A stretch of DNA of 64,000 nucleotides from an uncultured Gammaproteobacteria bacterium (GTDB taxonomy: Bacteria > Pseudomonadota > Gammaproteobacteria > GCA-001735895): contig CAZYYM010000001.1 in the NCBI GenBank assembly GCA_964651385.1, forward strand, positions 8,688-72,687. Reading direction: 5' to 3'. The number at the start of each line of letters is the position of its first letter. The stretch's first letter is position 1. The notes below the pieces were generated by a model that worked only from the letters and a program-made list of their open reading frames with translations, searched no databases and was not told the origin of the DNA. The position numbers and the translations under genes are program-made. Positions 29,987 to 39,657 of this stretch are shown here, in pieces.

Positions 29987-31534
29987 ATGAGCCAAGATCA
30001 ATTAATTATTTTCGATACTACCTTGCGCGATGGTGAGCAAAGCCCCGGCGCGTCTATGACGCGCGACGAAAAAGTTCGCATCGCAAGGGTACTGGAGGCG
30101 ATGAAAGTTGATATCATCGAAGCCGGATTCCCGATCGCCAGCGAGGGTGATTTCGAATCGGTTAAAACCGTGGCTAAAGTGATCAAAGACAGTACTATCT
30201 GCGGCCTCGCCCGAGCCAAACGGGTCGATATCGAACGTGCCGGCGAGGCGATAAAACCAGCCAATTCAGGGCGTATTCATACTTTTCTGGCAACATCACC
30301 CATACACATGGAACAAAAGCTGCGCATGACGCCTGACGAAGTTGTTGAAGCGGCGGTTAGGGCTGTGCGTATGGCCCGCCAGTTTACCGACAATGTTGAA
30401 TTCTCACCCGAAGATGCTGGTCGATCGGAGCCCGACTTTCTCTGTCGGGTACTCGAAGCGGTCATTGCCGAAGGCGCCACCACCATTAACATTCCCGACA
30501 CCGTTGGCTACAATATACCGCATCAGTTTGGCGGGTTGATCAGGGAATTACGCGAACGTATCCCAAATTCTGACAGGGCGATATTTTCGGTTCATTGCCA
30601 CAACGATCTGGGGCTCGCGGTCGGCAATTCACTCTCTGCAGTACTAAACGGTGCACGACAGGTTGAATGCACCATTAATGGCCTGGGCGAACGGGCGGGT
30701 AATGCCTCGCTGGAAGAAATTGTCATGGCGGTACGCACACGTCAGGATGTCTTCCCCTGCGATAGCAGACTCGATACGACTCAAATTATGAACTGCTCTA
30801 AACTGGTGGCTGGCATCACTGGTTTCAATGTTCAGCCTAACAAGGCTATCGTCGGAGCCAACGCATTCGCGCATGAATCGGGGATTCATCAGGACGGTGT
30901 ACTCAAATCCCGCGAGACTTACGAAATCATGCGTGCACAGGATGTCGGCTGGAGTACCAATAAACTGGTGCTGGGCAAGCATTCCGGACGCAATGCATTT
31001 AAGACGCGCATGTCCGAACTCAATATTGAATTTTCCTCCGAGGAAGAACTCAATGAAGTGTTCGCTCGATTCAAAACCCTGGCGGATAAAAAACACGATA
31101 TCTTTGACGAAGACTTGCAGGCACTGGTCAGCGAATCAGTCATCGAAGCTGAGAACGAAATTATCAAACTGGTGAGTTTACGCGTCTGTTGTGAGACCGG
31201 TGAAACGCCGAACGCGACCATGACCCTGAATATCGACGGCGAGGAAAAGCAGGCCGAATCGGTTGGCGACGGACCGGTTGACGCCTGTTTCAAGGCCATC
31301 GAAAATCTCACCAATACCGGTGTTTCTCTGCAACTGTATTCGGTTAACGCGATTACGACCGGTACGGATTCGCAGGGCGAGGTCACGGTTCGAGTGGAAA
31401 AGGATGGCCATGTCGTCAATGGTCAGGGAGCCGATACAGATATTGTTATCGCCTCGGCCAAATCCTACATCAATGCGCTTAACAAAGTGATTACCAATGC
31501 AGGGAGAACGCATCCGCAGATGGGTGACGTTTAA
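29987..31534 (+). CDS. leuA: 2-isopropylmalate synthase
   Basis: 515 aa with [13 protein letters not shown] and [10 protein letters not shown] motifs. Confidence 0.95.
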   Translation: MSQDQLIIFDTTLRDGEQSPGASMTRDEKVRIARVLEAMKVDIIEAGFPIASEGDFESVKTVAKVIKDSTICGLARAKRVDIERAGEAIKPANSGRIHTFLATSPIHMEQKLRMTPDEVVEAAVRAVRMARQFTDNVEFSPEDAGRSEPDFLCRVLEAVIAEGATTINIPDTVGYNIPHQFGGLIRELRERIPNSDRAIFSVHCHNDLGLAVGNSLSAVLNGARQVECTINGLGERAGNASLEEIVMAVRTRQDVFPCDSRLDTTQIMNCSKLVAGITGFNVQPNKAIVGANAFAHESGIHQDGVLKSRETYEIMRAQDVGWSTNKLVLGKHSGRNAFKTRMSELNIEFSSEEELNEVFARFKTLADKKHDIFDEDLQALVSESVIEAENEIIKLVSLRVCCETGETPNATMTLNIDGEEKQAESVGDGPVDACFKAIENLTNTGVSLQLYSVNAITTGTDSQGEVTVRVEKDGHVVNGQGADTDIVIASAKSYINALNKVITNAGRTHPQMGDV

Positions 31535-31538
31535 ATCC

Positions 31539-32306
31539 ATGCTCAGTCCCAGGCAAAAGCACTGCCTGCAAGGCATCGGTATTCGGCGCTGGGTTGAGCG
31601 GTCTACGACTACGGATAGAGTAGCACCAAAAGTGGTAAAGGAAGCAAATGCACCCCTGAATGATTCCCCCACAATATCCTCTTTATCTTTACAAGCCGCA
31701 GCAACACCTGAAACAGAACCTGAAATCAAACCACCGGTAATTGATATTCCACTCGATAGTTGGGACGCCATTCAACATGCCATACGTCAATGCCAGTCCT
31801 GCGAACTCGCAAAACATTGCATACAAAAAGTCCCCGGCGTCGGTAATCAACGGGCTGATTTGATGATTATCGGCGAGGGCCCCGGACATGACGAAGATAT
31901 CAAGGGCGAGCCATTTGTTGGACGTTCCGGACAACTACTCGAGAAAATGCTGGCTTCTATTGGAATATCACGCCTGCAAGTATTCATCACTAATATAGTC
32001 AAATGCCGTCCACCGAATAATCGTGAACCACATGCGGACGAAGTACATTCCTGCGATCAGTTTATACAGGCTCAAATTCAGCAAATCAATCCTAAAGTGA
32101 TACTTTCCGTGGGCCGCATATCGGCACATAGCTTATTACATTGCAGCGACCCGGTCGGCCGATTAATCAAAACCATGCACAAGTTACCCGGTAGTGAAAT
32201 ACCGGTTAAGGTAACTTATCATCCGGCCTATTTATTACGCACCCCCTCCGCCAAGGCCATCGCCTGGGAGGATATGAAAACGCTTTATCGCATTCTCAAT
32301 CAATGA
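31539..32306 (+). CDS. Uracil-DNA glycosylase family 4 protein with about 90-aa N-terminal extension
   Basis: I trimmed the ORF to the ATG at 31539, just after the leuA stop. It has CQSCEL..., the GEGPG motif and HPAYLLR, all typical of family 4 UDG. Confidence 0.75.
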   Translation: MLSPRQKHCLQGIGIRRWVERSTTTDRVAPKVVKEANAPLNDSPTISSLSLQAAATPETEPEIKPPVIDIPLDSWDAIQHAIRQCQSCELAKHCIQKVPGVGNQRADLMIIGEGPGHDEDIKGEPFVGRSGQLLEKMLASIGISRLQVFITNIVKCRPPNNREPHADEVHSCDQFIQAQIQQINPKVILSVGRISAHSLLHCSDPVGRLIKTMHKLPGSEIPVKVTYHPAYLLRTPSAKAIAWEDMKTLYRILNQ

Positions 32307-32758
32307 ATAAAATCGGGCTGTCTTTTCGTCGCATGGACATTGACGATATCAACAATGTCATGCAGGTTGAATCAAAGGTATATACCTATCCCTGGACAGA
32401 AGGTATTTTCAGAGACTGTATTCGTGTTGGTTACGATTGCTGGCTGGCACTCATCGACGAAACAATTATTGCCCATGCTGTCATCAGCGTCGCTGCCGGT
32501 GAAAGCCATATTCTAAATATAACAGTCTCGGAAGATTATCAGGGCCACGGCATCGGCAAACAGTTCATCAAGCATCTAATCGAAATTGCCAAAAAAAAAC
32601 AGGCCCGCACGATTATGCTCGAAGTCCGCCCGAGCAATGCCGCTGCAATTAATTGTTATCACGCTACTGGTTTCAACGAAATCGGTTGCAGGAAAGATTA
32701 TTATCCTGCACCGAATGGTCGAGAAGATGCGTTACTTTATGCGCGACATATTGATTAG
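32303..32758 (+). CDS. rimI: Ribosomal protein S18-alanine N-acetyltransferase (GNAT)
   Basis: 151 aa GNAT with a QGHGIGKQ acetyl-CoA loop and the size of RimI. Confidence 0.75.
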   Translation: MNKIGLSFRRMDIDDINNVMQVESKVYTYPWTEGIFRDCIRVGYDCWLALIDETIIAHAVISVAAGESHILNITVSEDYQGHGIGKQFIKHLIEIAKKKQARTIMLEVRPSNAAAINCYHATGFNEIGCRKDYYPAPNGREDALLYARHID

Positions 32759-33180
32759 ACCGAAGGTTAATGGACCCGGGATTTTGGAATAAAATTCGAT
32801 ACTTCTTCCACAATCAGCATCTGCAATTTCTATATGGTTGATAATCAAACAGATTTCTCCTCTGGTTATGTGCCTGATTCTGTCTCAGGTATTTTATTTT
32901 ACCCGTGGAAATACTATCCTTTGGGCCTGATTTCCCTTTATATCAGGGAAACTCTATTATTTCAGTATTTCTGCTGCACGAAGATATTCTACCAATGCGG
33001 AATATCTAATCTGGTTTGCGCCAGCAGTATTCCCTACCTAACGAAATATCCAGCATTAGCCAGGTTGTCCGTAAAACAATTAACTCCCGGCAATTCATTG
33101 CCTTACCAACTTCAGCTATAATGCGCCGCTATTTAAATTCGTACCTGGCCAGAGCCAGCATGAAAACCTTGAGAAATTGA

Positions 33181-34776
33181 ATGTCTGATATAGACGAAAT
33201 GCGTCGGCGCCGCACTTTTGCGATCATCTCGCATCCTGATGCCGGAAAAACAACGGTCACCGAAAAACTGCTGTTATTCGGTAAGGCCATCCAGATGGCC
33301 GGCACGGTTAAAGGCCGCAAGGCTGCACGACATGCCACGTCTGACTGGATGGAGCTGGAGAAGCAACGCGGTATATCAGTCACCTCGTCAGTCATGCAGT
33401 TTCCCTACAAGGGTAGTATTATCAACCTTCTTGACACACCGGGACACGAAGACTTTTCCGAAGATACCTACCGCACGTTAACCGCAGTCGACTCGGCGCT
33501 AATGGTCATCGATTGCGCAAAGGGTGTCGAGGAACGTACCATTAAACTGATGGATGTCTGCCGATTACGCGACACACCAATTATTACTTTCATTAACAAA
33601 CTCGACCGTGAAGGTCGAGATCCCATCGTCCTGTTGGACGAAGTCGAGGAAATCCTCAAAATTCAGTGTGCGCCGGTTACCTGGCCCATCGGTATGGGTA
33701 AAAATTTGAAAGGTGTCTTTCATTTACAAAATGATTCAGTACATCTGTTTTCCGCCAGCGATGCCGACAAGATATCGTCTGGAGAAGTGATCGAAGGGTT
33801 AGATCATCCCAGGCTTGATGAAGTGCTTGGATCGATGGCAGACGAGTTTCGCGATGAAATCGAGCTGGTGCGCGGAGCCTCACACGAATTCGACCTCGAT
33901 GCTTATTTAAAAGGCGAAATGACGCCTGTATTTTTCGGCTCCGCTATCAATAATTTCGGCATGGCCGAGCTGCTTGATGCGTTCGACGATTACGCGCCGG
34001 CACCGATGGCACGCCCCACGCGTACCCGCCCCGTACAACCCGATGAAAACAATCTCAGCGGCTTTGTTTTCAAAATACAAGCGAATATGGACAAACAACA
34101 CCGTGACCGTATAGCCTTTATGCGTATTTGTTCCGGTAAATACGATCGCGGTATGAAGGTTAAACATGTACGCATTGGTAAAGACATGAAAATTCCCGAT
34201 GCGCTGACTTTTATGGCGTCGGACCGTGGCCATGTCGAAGTGGCTTACACGGGCGATATCATCGGTATTCATAATCACGGTACCATTCGCATTGGCGACA
34301 GCTTCACACAAGGTGAAGACCTTGCCTTTACCGGTATTCCGAATTTCGCACCCGACCTCTTTCGCCGTGCGCGGCTGAAAGATCCGTTGAAAATGAAAGC
34401 ACTATTAAAAGGCTTGACCCAGCTTTGTGAAGAAGGCGCTACACAGCTATTCAAACCACTCGCCAATAACGATCTGATACTCGGCGCGGTTGGCGTGTTG
34501 CAGTTTGATGTGGTCGCACATCGTCTCAAAGATGAATACAATGTCGACTGCCTGTTCGAGCCGGTTAATGTCAATACCGCACGTTGGGTTGCTAGTAGCG
34601 ACGAAAAGAAACTGAACGAATTCAAAGTCAAAGCAAGAACTAATCTCGCTCTGGATCACGCGGGCGATCTGGCCTATATAGCACCGTCACGAGTGAACCT
34701 GACTATGACTGAAGAGCGCTGGCCGGAGATCAAATTTCTGGCAACCCGCGAACATGGCATTTACGATTGCGTATAA
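33181..34776 (+). CDS. prfC: Peptide chain release factor 3
   Basis: 531 aa with the GTPase motifs [10 protein letters not shown] and DTPGHEDF. The full-length pattern matches RF3. Confidence 0.95.
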   Translation: MSDIDEMRRRRTFAIISHPDAGKTTVTEKLLLFGKAIQMAGTVKGRKAARHATSDWMELEKQRGISVTSSVMQFPYKGSIINLLDTPGHEDFSEDTYRTLTAVDSALMVIDCAKGVEERTIKLMDVCRLRDTPIITFINKLDREGRDPIVLLDEVEEILKIQCAPVTWPIGMGKNLKGVFHLQNDSVHLFSASDADKISSGEVIEGLDHPRLDEVLGSMADEFRDEIELVRGASHEFDLDAYLKGEMTPVFFGSAINNFGMAELLDAFDDYAPAPMARPTRTRPVQPDENNLSGFVFKIQANMDKQHRDRIAFMRICSGKYDRGMKVKHVRIGKDMKIPDALTFMASDRGHVEVAYTGDIIGIHNHGTIRIGDSFTQGEDLAFTGIPNFAPDLFRRARLKDPLKMKALLKGLTQLCEEGATQLFKPLANNDLILGAVGVLQFDVVAHRLKDEYNVDCLFEPVNVNTARWVASSDEKKLNEFKVKARTNLALDHAGDLAYIAPSRVNLTMTEERWPEIKFLATREHGIYDCV

Positions 34777-35734
34777 ATTCAGCGTTACCACGCTAATTTT
34801 CATGCTCGCTGCAACATGCAACGCGGCTAGCCTTGGCTTACCGACGCGGGATCAGAATCCGATGTTGCAGGGCTACTATTTACCGTCGATCAACATGCAA
34901 TCAGACAACGGCTGGCACCTCAGTCATATGCTGTTTATTACCAATACCTACCAGGACGAGAATCGGAGTGACGAGGCGCTTCGTATCGACGTCGAAAACT
35001 ACCGATATGACTTTTCCCTGGCTTATCAGAATGACAACTGGCGGTTGAGCGCAACCCTTCCCTTTATCGCTAATGATAGCGGTAGTCTGGATGGACTGAT
35101 TGAAAACTGGCATGACGCCTTTGACCTGCCTCAGGGCGGCCGCACTAGAAGCCCTGACAATCAGATCGAACTGCTCTATAGCCGTAATGGCAACACTATT
35201 TTCGAACAGAACAAACCAGACAGTGATATCGGCGACCTCTCGTTATCGTTTGACTATCGGCTGTCGTATAGCAGAAAAAGCAATACCGAGTTGGCTATCG
35301 GTATCGAATTGCCAACTGGTTCGATCGACAGTAATAGTGGCAACGATGCAATTGACACCGCAGTCTGGATAAACCGGTCTCGGCAGTTTTCCGAACACAG
35401 CCGGTTTTATGGTGTGTTCGGCGTCAGTCTGCCAGGCAAGGGCGGCCAGTTAAAAGATCGTATCAAAAGCCGGATATGGTTTTCACAACTGGGTACCGAA
35501 TATGATCTCACCGATAATATTACCGGCATACTTCAATTCGACCTGCACAGCGCGACATTGAAAAATTCTCAACTCAAAGCTTTCAACAATTCGGTACAAA
35601 TGCAGATTGCCCTGCAATTTAGAAACTGGCTCGAAGACTATCATATTGACCTGTTTTTCTCCGAAGATATTCTGGTAAAATCGGCACCGGATATTACCTT
35701 CGGCCTTAGATTGAGCCGGGATCAATTCGACTAA
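34754..35734 (+). CDS. DUF3187-like predicted outer-membrane beta-barrel protein
   Basis: 326 aa with the signal peptide [13 protein letters not shown]. Alternating beta-strand-like segments are seen. The family assignment is from memory. The start overlaps the prfC 3' end by 23 nt. Confidence 0.5.
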   Translation: MAFTIAYKFSVTTLIFMLAATCNAASLGLPTRDQNPMLQGYYLPSINMQSDNGWHLSHMLFITNTYQDENRSDEALRIDVENYRYDFSLAYQNDNWRLSATLPFIANDSGSLDGLIENWHDAFDLPQGGRTRSPDNQIELLYSRNGNTIFEQNKPDSDIGDLSLSFDYRLSYSRKSNTELAIGIELPTGSIDSNSGNDAIDTAVWINRSRQFSEHSRFYGVFGVSLPGKGGQLKDRIKSRIWFSQLGTEYDLTDNITGILQFDLHSATLKNSQLKAFNNSVQMQIALQFRNWLEDYHIDLFFSEDILVKSAPDITFGLRLSRDQFD

Positions 35735-35753
35735 ACTAGTAGTCTATACTGCA

Positions 35754-36182
35754 CTAGCAGCAACTGCCTTTTGCCTCGGCTGCACAGCAACCTGATTCAA
35801 CATCGGCCGCTTTAAACAACTGCACATCTGCCATGGTTCGATAAGTTTCCCAGGCAACACCCGAAGGATCTTTAACCCAGGATTTTTCAGAACGTGCGTA
35901 ACAGCAAACGGTTTCCCCATCATCGAATGTATCGATATCGGCCTGATTGAGATTTTCACGTATGTTCTGCAATTCATCCTCTTCATCGACCTGTATACCC
36001 AGATGATCAACACCGTTTGAACCGGCCCGCGTTGAAATTGCAAAATTAATGCGTGGATCTTCCAGCATCCATTTGGCATAATCAGCTTCGGTTTTTGCAG
36101 GTTGTTTGTCAAACAATGCGTTGTAAAACCGGATACTTTGTTCGAGGCTTTCTACGCCCACATGGATATGTATTCGCTTCAT
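35754..36182 (-). CDS. ArsI/CadI-family (glyoxalase/VOC fold) metalloenzyme, candidate C-As lyase
   Basis: 142 aa. The residues H5, H60 and E112 and the vicinal cysteines C93-C94 (TVCCYARS) sit at positions equivalent to the ArsI Fe(II) and organoarsenical sites. The tail GCCAAEAKGSCC is Cys-rich. The start overlaps the arsR stop by 4 nt. Confidence 0.75.
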   Translation of the reverse strand: MKRIHIHVGVESLEQSIRFYNALFDKQPAKTEADYAKWMLEDPRINFAISTRAGSNGVDHLGIQVDEEDELQNIRENLNQADIDTFDDGETVCCYARSEKSWVKDPSGVAWETYRTMADVQLFKAADVESGCCAAEAKGSCC

Positions 36183-36571
36183 GATTTTACCCTGTTTAAT
36201 AAAATAGTTTCGGATTCAGTTTGGCAGCAGCCAAAGAGTTTAATAACGGAACAACCAGTCGCATAGTTCTCCTGCAGGCTGGCAAATTCAGGGCTGCAAC
36301 AGTCTTTCACCAGATAGCCGATCAAACCGCGCACCACCATAAAATTGGCCGAATAGACTATCGACCGGCCATGTTTACGCGAAGATATAATACCGCTACC
36401 CATTAAATGGCTCAGGTGAAAAGACAAAGTGTTATGCGCGATGCCAAGCCTGGCTCCGATAATACCTGCCGCTAGCCCTTTAGGGCCAGCCTCAACCAGC
36501 AAACGAAACGCATTCAATCTCGTTTCCTGGGAAAGTGCGTCGAAAATGGAAAGGGCCTGCTGAGTATTCAT
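36179..36571 (-). CDS. arsR: ArsR/SmtB-family metalloregulator with C-terminal cysteine pairs
   Basis: 130 aa with a winged HTH (ETRLNAFRLLV...LSFHLSHL). It has no CVC in helix 3. Instead it has C91-C92, C107 and C115-C116 in the C-terminal region. Confidence 0.85.
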   Translation of the reverse strand: MNTQQALSIFDALSQETRLNAFRLLVEAGPKGLAAGIIGARLGIAHNTLSFHLSHLMGSGIISSRKHGRSIVYSANFMVVRGLIGYLVKDCCSPEFASLQENYATGCSVIKLFGCCQTESETILLNRVKS

Positions 36572-36600
36572 ATGTCGATATTAATTGACATATTACAAAG

Positions 36601-36618
36601 TGTCAATAGCCATTGACA
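36601..36618. promoter_or_regulatory. Candidate ArsR operator (inverted repeat) in the divergent intergenic region
   Basis: TGTCAAT-agcc-ATTGACA is a perfect 7-bp inverted repeat. A third ATTGACAT copy lies at 36584-36591, inside the imperfect palindrome atgtc-N10-gacat (36572-36591). Confidence 0.35.
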
Positions 36619-36690
36619 TTTTATTTTATATCCATTCAAATAGAATATCTAAACTGTCGAGAATCGACCATCAATCAGGGTATTCGACCA

Positions 36691-37308
36691 ATGCCAGATT
36701 CAATTAACAAGGCTCGACGCCATTTGATTTTTGGTATCATGACGCTACCTGCCAGTGCCATCGCCACAGGTTACCTATCGACACCGAGAGCAAGCGAAGG
36801 TCCGTATTACCCAACGACCGATATGCGCTATGGCGATATCGATAATGACCTGGTAAAAATCAGTGATCGGGCCAAACAGGCCGGCGGCGAAGTAGTAGAC
36901 CTCGCAGGCCGCGTATTTGAGCCAGGGGGCAACCCATTGCCATCGGCCCGGGTCGAAATCTGGCAATGCGATGCAAACGGCCGCTACCTGCATCGAGCCG
37001 ACTATGGCGCGATGACTAGTGACAGGTCTTTCCAGGGATTCGGCTACAACATTACCGACTCTGGTGGCAATTATTTTTTTCGGACCATTAAACCGGTACC
37101 CTATGGTGGCCGCGCGCCGCATATACACCTGAAGGTCTGGGTGAAAGGCCGGGATCGCCTGACGACGCAATTGTATTTGCCCGATCACCCGGGCAATGCT
37201 CGTGACTGGCTATACCGGCGAATTCCTGAAAATAAACGTGATCTAGTGACGATGCGTTTTAAAGAAACCGGTCGGGAGCCACTGGCTATAGTCGATCTGG
37301 TAGTTTAA
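36691..37308 (+). CDS. Secreted intradiol ring-cleavage dioxygenase-like protein (protocatechuate 3,4-dioxygenase beta-subunit-like)
   Basis: I trimmed the ORF to the ATG at 36691. It has a Tat/Sec-like leader ARRHLIFGIMTLPASAIA and the motifs EGPYYP, VEIWQCDANGRY and APHIHLKV, typical of the intradiol dioxygenase fold. Confidence 0.7.
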   Translation: MPDSINKARRHLIFGIMTLPASAIATGYLSTPRASEGPYYPTTDMRYGDIDNDLVKISDRAKQAGGEVVDLAGRVFEPGGNPLPSARVEIWQCDANGRYLHRADYGAMTSDRSFQGFGYNITDSGGNYFFRTIKPVPYGGRAPHIHLKVWVKGRDRLTTQLYLPDHPGNARDWLYRRIPENKRDLVTMRFKETGREPLAIVDLVV

Positions 37309-37322
37309 AGATACCCGAACGA

Positions 37323-38213
37323 TCAATAATGAGGCATGTCCGAATCGCCAACTGTACAGAATATCTCGCAACCGGTGATATCTTCCAAGGCTGCCTCCTT
37401 ATAGCTTTTAGGATAGCTTTGGTCAAAAGGTGTTAGCCCACAAGCATCAATATGAAAGCACCGATAGCCAAGCTGATGGAGGAATACAAGCACATCGTCC
37501 ACCTGCGGGTTGCCAAAAATGACTTCCATTACGATATCCGGTCGATCTCGCCGAAACATATTTGCACCGCTGAAAATGACGTCGCGTTCGGTCTCTTCGG
37601 TATCAATTTTCACAAGATCAATGCGCCCGATATTTTCTATCAGCGAATCTAGCGGTTTGGTTTTCACTTGCAATGTCTGCATTTTGTTGTCCTCGAACCT
37701 TTCTCCCTTGCCAAAACAATTCTTTAGCGATCCAGTCGGCGGCAAGGCACTACGTCGACGAGCAGGGATATAAAAAGTGGCATTACCCGATTCTGGCGCA
37801 ATGGCGACAGGTTGGGTGACTATACCTGTGCTTTGATTAAGCGCTTGAAAATGCCGCAATAGTTGCAGGTTATCCGGCACCGGTTCGAAAGCATGAATAA
37901 CAGCATTGGGATTGGCCCTGGCAGCTATGAGTGCATAGAGGCCGAAATAGGCGCCTATATCCAGAACGCCGTGAGCACGTTTGGCCAATGCCTGGAATAA
38001 CCGTATCGTGTCGGGTTCGTGCCCATGAATGCCCTTCCATGCAAATCGCCTTAAAATTTTAGAACTCCCCAGGTGATCAAATATCAGGGTCTGTCCATCA
38101 GGCAGTTCCAGAGGAAAACAAGTTACACCAAATGGTATCTGGTTCTTGAGATAGTTACGAACTGAAGCAGGTGATAGACGATAAAGAAAACGATGGATTG
38201 CAATCGGTAACAC
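37323..38213 (-). CDS. FkbM-family SAM-dependent methyltransferase
   Basis: 296 aa with VLDIGAYFGLYALIAA (motif I) and a central region with an LVKIDTEETE-like FkbM signature. Confidence 0.7.
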   Translation of the reverse strand: MLPIAIHRFLYRLSPASVRNYLKNQIPFGVTCFPLELPDGQTLIFDHLGSSKILRRFAWKGIHGHEPDTIRLFQALAKRAHGVLDIGAYFGLYALIAARANPNAVIHAFEPVPDNLQLLRHFQALNQSTGIVTQPVAIAPESGNATFYIPARRRSALPPTGSLKNCFGKGERFEDNKMQTLQVKTKPLDSLIENIGRIDLVKIDTEETERDVIFSGANMFRRDRPDIVMEVIFGNPQVDDVLVFLHQLGYRCFHIDACGLTPFDQSYPKSYKEAALEDITGCEIFCTVGDSDMPHY

Positions 38214-38293
38214 GACTCATTTGCCAGTTTTAGTTCGATTCGGAGACTGAATTTCGGGTTCCATGCGAACTCCTAACTTCATGATCTAATCAC

Positions 38294-39529
38294 TCAATCC
38301 ACTAGTTCGGTCACAATCTGTGGGTCACTCTCCAGTGTTCTATGCACCGGGCACATGTTGGCAATTTCCAGTAAGCGTTGCCTTTGCTCGTCGCTCAAAT
38401 CGCCATATAGTTTAATACGCCGGCTTAACTGTTCAATTTTCTGCTTGCAATCCACGCAATCGGTAGCATGCACACGCTCGTGCTGCAATGTTACATCGAC
38501 GTCATCCAGAGGTAATTTTTTCCGGTTGGCGTACATCCGCAAGGTCATTGAGGTGCAGGCACCGAGGCTCATTAATAGCAAATCGTAGGGTGTCGGCCCC
38601 ATATTTGAACCACCGAATTTTAGCGGCTCATCCGCCATAAAACGGTGACTATCACTGTACAGACCACGAAGAAACTGTTTATCGAGCTCACTGACCAGCA
38701 CCTCACCCGGGTCCAATACGGGCCTTTGGGTTAGACTTCTTGGGATTTCGACACTATCGAGCCCTAGATAGCGACTCGCCCATGCCGCCATAGTCGCCGC
38801 AACATATTCGGCATCGGCAGCTTTGCTCAACAAATGATCGGCATGATCAAGCGATATGAAACTTTTCGGATGTTTGGCGGCCTGATAAATTTGCGCAGCT
38901 TGATCAATCGAAACCACCTTATCAATCGGCGAATGAAACACCAGCAAGGCCTTGTTCAAATCGGCGATCTGGTCGGTTGAATTGTACACCGAAATGTCAT
39001 CGAGCAATTGTTTTTTTATGCGAAACTCGCGACCACCAATACCAACTACGGCTTCACCCTCGGTTTTGATCTTATCGGTTTCGGCCTTAAATAGATGCTC
39101 GACGTGGTGTGCCGTAGCGGGCGCGCCAATGGTGACCACAGCCTTGACGGCGTCAAGCTTCCGAGCGGCTGTCAGCACAGCCGCGCCGCCGAGACTATGA
39201 CCAATAATTAGCTCCGGGGCTCTATAATCAGCTTCGAGTTTTTTAGCGGCAGCCACCAAATCGGTGACATTGGAAGAAAAATTGCTATTGGCGAAATCGC
39301 CATCGCTATTACCGATCCCAGTAAAATCGAATCGCATTACAGCAATACCCCGTGCCGCTAATGCACGTGATATTCTCGATGCCGCCACAATATCTTTTCC
39401 GCAGGTAAAACAGTGAGCGAACAGTGCATACCTCGCAATACTAACCTGCTCAGGGGGTGTTTCCAATAAACCCGATAAGGTTTGGCCGGTGCTATTTTCA
39501 AATTCTATTTTTATTCTGCCCATCGACAA
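38294..39529 (-). CDS. Bifunctional alpha/beta hydrolase / OsmC-family protein
   Basis: 411 aa. The N-terminal hydrolase domain has GHSLGG. The C-terminal roughly 140 aa has the OsmC-like cysteines (LGACTSM ... CPVHRTL). Confidence 0.8.
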   Translation of the reverse strand: MSMGRIKIEFENSTGQTLSGLLETPPEQVSIARYALFAHCFTCGKDIVAASRISRALAARGIAVMRFDFTGIGNSDGDFANSNFSSNVTDLVAAAKKLEADYRAPELIIGHSLGGAAVLTAARKLDAVKAVVTIGAPATAHHVEHLFKAETDKIKTEGEAVVGIGGREFRIKKQLLDDISVYNSTDQIADLNKALLVFHSPIDKVVSIDQAAQIYQAAKHPKSFISLDHADHLLSKAADAEYVAATMAAWASRYLGLDSVEIPRSLTQRPVLDPGEVLVSELDKQFLRGLYSDSHRFMADEPLKFGGSNMGPTPYDLLLMSLGACTSMTLRMYANRKKLPLDDVDVTLQHERVHATDCVDCKQKIEQLSRRIKLYGDLSDEQRQRLLEIANMCPVHRTLESDPQIVTELVD

Positions 39530-39657
39530 TTTCCTCTGAAGTTTCGTTTATAAAATCGCACCTGAATAGCTTCGACTTCGATATAGTGGTTTAATTCAAA
39601 CGCCCGGCACTGTTATGATTATCCTGTTATTTTACTGGAAAAAATTTACAGTTACCG

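Noticed and set aside
30644-31771. Several 115-197-aa ORFs in other frames or antisense across leuA and the UDG gene
   Set aside because: They lie entirely within confidently identified genes, and their translations are low-complexity.
32834-33121. 95-aa ORF in the rimI-prfC spacer
   Set aside because: It has no SD, an odd composition and no family resemblance. I kept it only as part of the unassigned-spacer finding.
35744-36112. 122-aa alternative-frame ORF overlapping the ArsI-like gene
   Set aside because: It is on the same strand in a different frame. The 35754..36182 frame carries the VOC-fold motifs and the 4-nt coupling to arsR.
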